From the NCBI RefSeq assembly GCF_023055435.1, contig NW_025963779.1:36642001-36706000 (forward strand): 64,000 bases of DNA, written 5' to 3'. Below the pieces are notes generated by a model. That model saw only the letters and a list, made by a program, of their open reading frames with translations, was not told the origin of the DNA and ran no database searches. Shown one piece after another: positions 59,601 through 64,000 of this stretch. Source of the stretch: Haliotis rufescens (taxonomy: Eukaryota). The translations under genes and the position numbers were made by a program. Position 1 is the stretch's first letter. Each line of letters opens with the position of its first letter.

Positions 59601-62600
59601 TCATTATTTCTGTCACCATATCTTCACCACAGGCATTATGCCCATCGCACATCATCCTCATCAGTAACAGCCTCATCATCTTATCACAGGTCTCACCTGT
59701 CTGGCAGCCTGACAGCCTTAGGCTGCTTCTTGAGATACTGCTTGAAGCGGAGCTCAAAGGCTTGCCCGACTGTGGTGACCACGTCCTCCGCCAGTCCTCC
59801 CCCACACTCCAGCACATGACAAGCTCGGCCCTTCTGGGGATCCTTGGCAACGTAAGCCACAAAATCTAATGTTTCCTGTCCAAAAACAAACATGAACTCA
59901 ATGATTGAACTCCATGGATCCCATTTAACATTTCATATAAGTTTGGATGAAAATCTAACAATGAATTTACTGTGGCCTTAGCAAATGCTTGCAACTTATA
60001 AGGTCAGCACAAATATTTAAATCTGAAACCGTGACTACAATTCTCATTTTAACAACCTTCATTACTAGATAAAACTCCCAGTGTCCCAAACACACATTTT
60101 CATGCACATCTTGAAGTAACTCTAATGTTTCACTGTCTGCAGTGACACCTATCACCTTTAGGATTCAACACAATGATGCTACTTTAAAGATTGTTCACAT
60201 TACACGGTGAGAAGTACGAAGAAGTATTTCTACTTACAGCATCCCCTCCTGAGGCAAACGACACAACCTGCATGGGGTGGTCAGCAATAATCTGTGGAGG
60301 GAAAAACAATGATGTATACAATATTTTTTTAATGAAATTCTCAATGAACTGAAAATTTTGCAAAATGATGTTTTATTGACAAAAAAATATTTGCAATGAC
60401 CCCCACTCCCTGTTCTACAACATATACATACAACTTATGGTCATTCAATATTATATTAATGTCTAANNNNNNNNNNNNNNNNNNNNNNNNNNNNNNNNNN
60501 NNNNNNNNNNNNNNNNNNNNNNNNNNNNNNNNNNNNNNNNNNNNNNNNNNNNNNNNNNNNNNNNNNNNNNNNNNNNNNNNNNNNNNNNNNNNNNACAAGA
60601 GACTTACCTCCCCTGATTCCATGACCATAAGATTAATGGATTCCACAGTGATGGTAAGATTGACATTGGATCCAGCATACTGCATGTACGGATTGTCGCC
60701 GATCATTTTCTGTATCTTCTTTTCTACCTAAAATACAACATGACCATTAACTGTCATATATATATATGCGTCTTATACTGTCAAATAAACGTAATCAAGC
60801 TTCATATTACAAATATCAATATTGGATAACATTTCTGAATTCAGTCAATGAAAGATTTAATAAGAACTTTTATCCACTGTTATTCTCTTGAGGGAGACAT
60901 ATTCTTCTCAGGAAAGAATAAAAATAACCTTTCGTTTCTTCGATGCTGTTTTGAGTCCAGCTGCTTCTGTTACTCTGTTGATTGCTTCTCTGTAACAAAA
61001 GCCATATGATCTTGTCATAAACAATCATCCACCAGAAATGATCATACGGAATCGTTCTGTCATAGAAATGAATTTATACAGTTATGGACTTACGCAACAT
61101 TTCCGAGGTCAGATTCTATTCAGGGAGTCAGCATTATTTACATACGGGGTAGAATAAGTTTCAGCAACCCATTCTTGCCATAAAAGGCGACTATGCTTGT
61201 CATAAGAGGCAACTAACGGGATTGGGTGGTCAGGCACGCTGACTTGGTTGAAGCATGTCATCGATCCAATTACATGGATTGATGCTTTTGACGTCAATCA
61301 CTGGATTGTCTGGTCCAGGCTCGATTATTTTCAGACTGCCATCATATAGCTGGAATGTTGCTGAGTGCGGAGTAAAACAACAAACAAACCAAACCAAACC
61401 AAACCAAAACATATGGGTAAATATATTTAAAGCTTGTACATTTTAATAACATCCTTCTCCCTATAGTGTTTTATTGTACAATAAACAACTTCCAATCGTC
61501 GTTTATTTCTTAAATAAAGTTAAACAGTGAACCTACCTTGTGAGTGTTGTTCTTGTTTCAAAGTCTAAAGATTTCATGGATTCCTTCACTTCTATACAAC
61601 CAATATACTGCAGATTGAGAAAAACATGTAATCAGATCATGATAACAATGTTCATAAAATGATGAAGATTCAGGTAACAAATGCATGGTACTTTTTTGTA
61701 TATTTTCAAGAACCCTTTCTCAAGAAATTATGAGACTTTTTACACTTTTCATATGTATTGTAATGGACACTACCGCTAAACAAAGATCTGAGAACATCCC
61801 ATTACAGGTCATGTTGAAACAACCTTTCACTGGATCAATCAGAGTGATGCTTACCAGATCAGGAAAGAGTCAGCCAGAATGTGTTTTCTAGTCATGCAAC
61901 CTGGAAATCGTTAAAACAGCGTATTCCGAACAACAGTTNNNNNNNNNNNNNNNNNNNNNNNNNNNNNNNNNNNNNNNNNNNNNNNNNNNNNNNNNNNNNN
62001 NNNNNNNNNNNNNNNNNNNNNNNNNNNNNNNNNNNNNNNNNNNNNNNNNNNNNNNNNNNNNNNNNNNNNNNNNNNNNNNNNNNNNNNNNNNNNNNNNNNN
62101 NNNNNNNNNNNNNNNNNNNNNNNNNNNNNNNNNNNNNNNNNNNNNNNNNNNNNNNNNNNNNNNNNNNNNNNNNNNNNNNNNNNNNNNNNNNNNNNNNNNN
62201 NNNNNNNNNNNNNNNNNNNNNNNNNNNNNNNNNNNNNNNNNNNNNNNNNNNNNNNNNNNNNNNNNNNNNNNNNNNNNNNNNNNNNNNNNNNNNNNNNNNN
62301 NNNNNNNNNNNNNNNNNNNNNNNNNNNNNNGTTGAACATGAATACCCCACTCAGACACAGTATACTGACTCCGAGCTGACCAGTCCTTGTTTTAGCCCCT
62401 TAATGCCGAGCAACTGGGGATCGAAACCTGGACCTTCCATCTACCACTAGACCATGGAGGCGGTAACAACAAGTACCATCTTTTAACGTCTTTTGGTATG
62501 ACACGGCTGGGGATCGAACCCTGGACCTTCCATCTACCACTAGACCATGGAGGCGGTAACAACAAGTACCATCTTTTAACGTCTTTTGGTATGACGCGGC

Positions 62601-63274
62601 TGGGGATCGAACCCTGGACCTTCCATCTACCACTAGACCATGGAGGCGGTACCAACGAGTACCATCTTTTTACGTCTGTTGGTATGACGCGGCTGGGGAT
62701 CGAACCCCGGACCTTCCATCTACCACTAGACCATGGAGGCGGTCCTCTCACTTCAGTGGGATAACTATTTGAACAGAAAAGACTTTGCATAGCTGTGGGA
62801 AGTGTTGCCATACAATCTAAGCTATCTTTAGACAATCTAGGCTATCTATAAGACTTTCAGTTGTCGTAATCAAGAAAATATTTATCAAAGTGTAGTCGGG
62901 AATGAAAGTCGCAAGTTTGAAACTAGTGCCGTATAGATCAACACAGTGGCTTTCTGATGACTTAGGGTTAGTCATTTCTTTCATCGGTCAAAGTCTGTGA
63001 AGGTCATTCTGACATGACCGGTAATGGGAGGACTTTGTTCAGCAGTAGTGATAAGTAAGATCTGATTGTAATGAGATTGACACAGGTGGTGCTACAGTTA
63101 AAATATACATCTGACACATACCCTGACACCATAGCAGATTCCTGCATCAGGCTCCAGCTGTTGGTCTGGGTGGATCCAGCCTATCTCGGGTTTGTTCAGG
63201 AAGCTTCCTGTCCTGGACCATTCTGACGCAGGAACCTTGTTCTTCTTCCGCAGCTTGTCAATCACACCAGCCAT
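53643..63274 (-). CDS. SHC1: SHC-transforming protein family adaptor (PTB-CH1-SH2), 473 aa
   Basis: Exons 63274-63122, 61607-61537, 60989-60929, 60727-60608, 60291-60238, 59875-59697, 59458-59317, 58614-58521, 56639-56502, 55411-55272, 54764-54633, 53780-53643; all GT-AG and phase-consistent. PTB motifs [55 protein letters not shown]; YYND motif; SH2 WFHG...DGDFLVRES...[15 protein letters not shown]. The ATG follows a splice acceptor at 63276, so further 5' exons may lie upstream. This is a single invertebrate Shc, so the paralog symbol is approximate. Confidence 0.9.
54510..54610. repeat. 20-bp tandem repeat (CCCCCACCCTGGTCTAAGTG) next to a Shc donor
   Basis: 4-5 copies, ending about 20 nt from the donor at 54632. 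Confidence 0.8.
57021..57198. mobile_element. hAT-like MITE, TIR TAGGGCTGGGACG, 8-bp TSD GTTTTAAC/GTTTTAAA
   Basis: TIR and 7/8 TSD match. Confidence 0.75.
58713..59218. mobile_element. MITE (same family as 34042-34548), 6-bp TSD AATTCT
   Basis: Near-identical body and TIRs. Confidence 0.9.
60467..60594. other. Assembly gap
   Basis: N run. Confidence 1.
61143..61410 (+). mobile_element. SINE-like interspersed repeat (family C)
   Basis: Contains a degenerate GCTTGTCGTAAGAGGCGACTAA-type motif and an (AAACC)n tail. Confidence 0.65.
61939..62330. other. Assembly gap
   Basis: N run. Confidence 1.
62414..62745 (-). repeat. 93-bp tandem array (3.6 copies) of a tRNA-SINE head
   Basis: Units start at 62414, 62507, 62600 and 62693; minus strand carries A box TGGTCTAGTGG and B box GGTTCGATCCC. 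Confidence 0.8.
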
Positions 63275-63404
63275 GCTGGAAGAGAAGACAGACATTATCA
63301 CATTATCACATTATCACTGGACCAGACAAGTAATAGCATGAGCAATGATTCACACTGTTGGGGTACAATGACACGTAATCTGCTAAGTCAAAGCAGATCC
63401 ATTA

Positions 63405-63595
63405 AGGTGCATATAATGTACGTATGGTGCGCATGCGTGCGTGCGTTTCGGGGGGGGGGCATGTAATGTATATGTACGTGTGTGCGTGGGGAGGATATAA
63501 TGTACGTATGGTGTGTGTGTGTGTGCATGTGTGTGTGTGTGCTTGTGGGGGGGCATATAATGTACGTATTGTGTGTGTGTGTGAATGCGTGTGAT
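63405..63595. repeat. GT-rich degenerate repeat / (GT)n microsatellite
   Basis: ATATAATGTACGTATGGTGTGTG units with (GT)n tracts. Confidence 0.75.
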
Positions 63596-64000
63596 TGTAA
63601 TATGACACAGTTATCTTATAGCATGTGCTGCTGGGCAACAACAAAAAGCAGAAAATGTTGTCAAACATTCGTTCAGGGAAAAAACACCTCTCTATTTGAT
63701 AAGAAACCATAAGGTCGAAACTACTGGCATTTATCAATGTCTGGTATGCTGCTGGTCCTACAGCAATGCTAACCTGCTGATACTACCCGTCAGAAACACT
63801 AGCTGTTCACACGGTTCTTATAAATATTACAGCTTCCGGGTACAAAACAACTTCCTGTTCATAGCTGAGTCCTACAACCCAGTAACACAGTTACATTATT
63901 GAACAAAAACAACTGCCTGGATCCAAACTTCTATCCTTAATGAATCGAGGTTGCAAGATCAGAGTTGGATTTACTTTATTGACACCTTCGAAGAATAAAA

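Noticed and set aside
60341-62450. ORFs containing long X runs
   Set aside because: They span assembly gaps; only the Shc exons already listed are supported in this interval.

Overview
Eukaryotic (invertebrate animal; the SINE/MITE style suggests a mollusc, which is inference only) genomic window with three spliced genes reconstructed exon by exon with consistent phases. (1) SKIC3/TTC37 on the minus strand: 22 coding exons from ATG 36888 to 3429, continuing off the left edge. (2) ZCCHC9 on the plus strand, 41026-45607, 5 exons, head-to-head with SKIC3. (3) A Shc-family adaptor on the minus strand, 63274-53643, 12 exons, 473 aa. The 12.7-kb SKIC3 intron (12215-24942) holds a DIRS1-type tyrosine-recombinase retrotransposon (17677-24020, +) inserted without target duplication into a related DIRS1 copy (12424-24792, -). 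Both copies carry an apparent spliced gag start and share an in-frame TAG upstream of the recombinase domain. Other notable structures: a 13-copy 50-bp array of Penelope-type minimal hammerhead-like motifs (U3-A8 core variant) on the SKIC3 sense strand; several tandem arrays whose unit is a copy of a real exon-intron junction; a GC-AG intron; paired inverted MITEs; tRNA-derived SINEs; and two assembly gaps.
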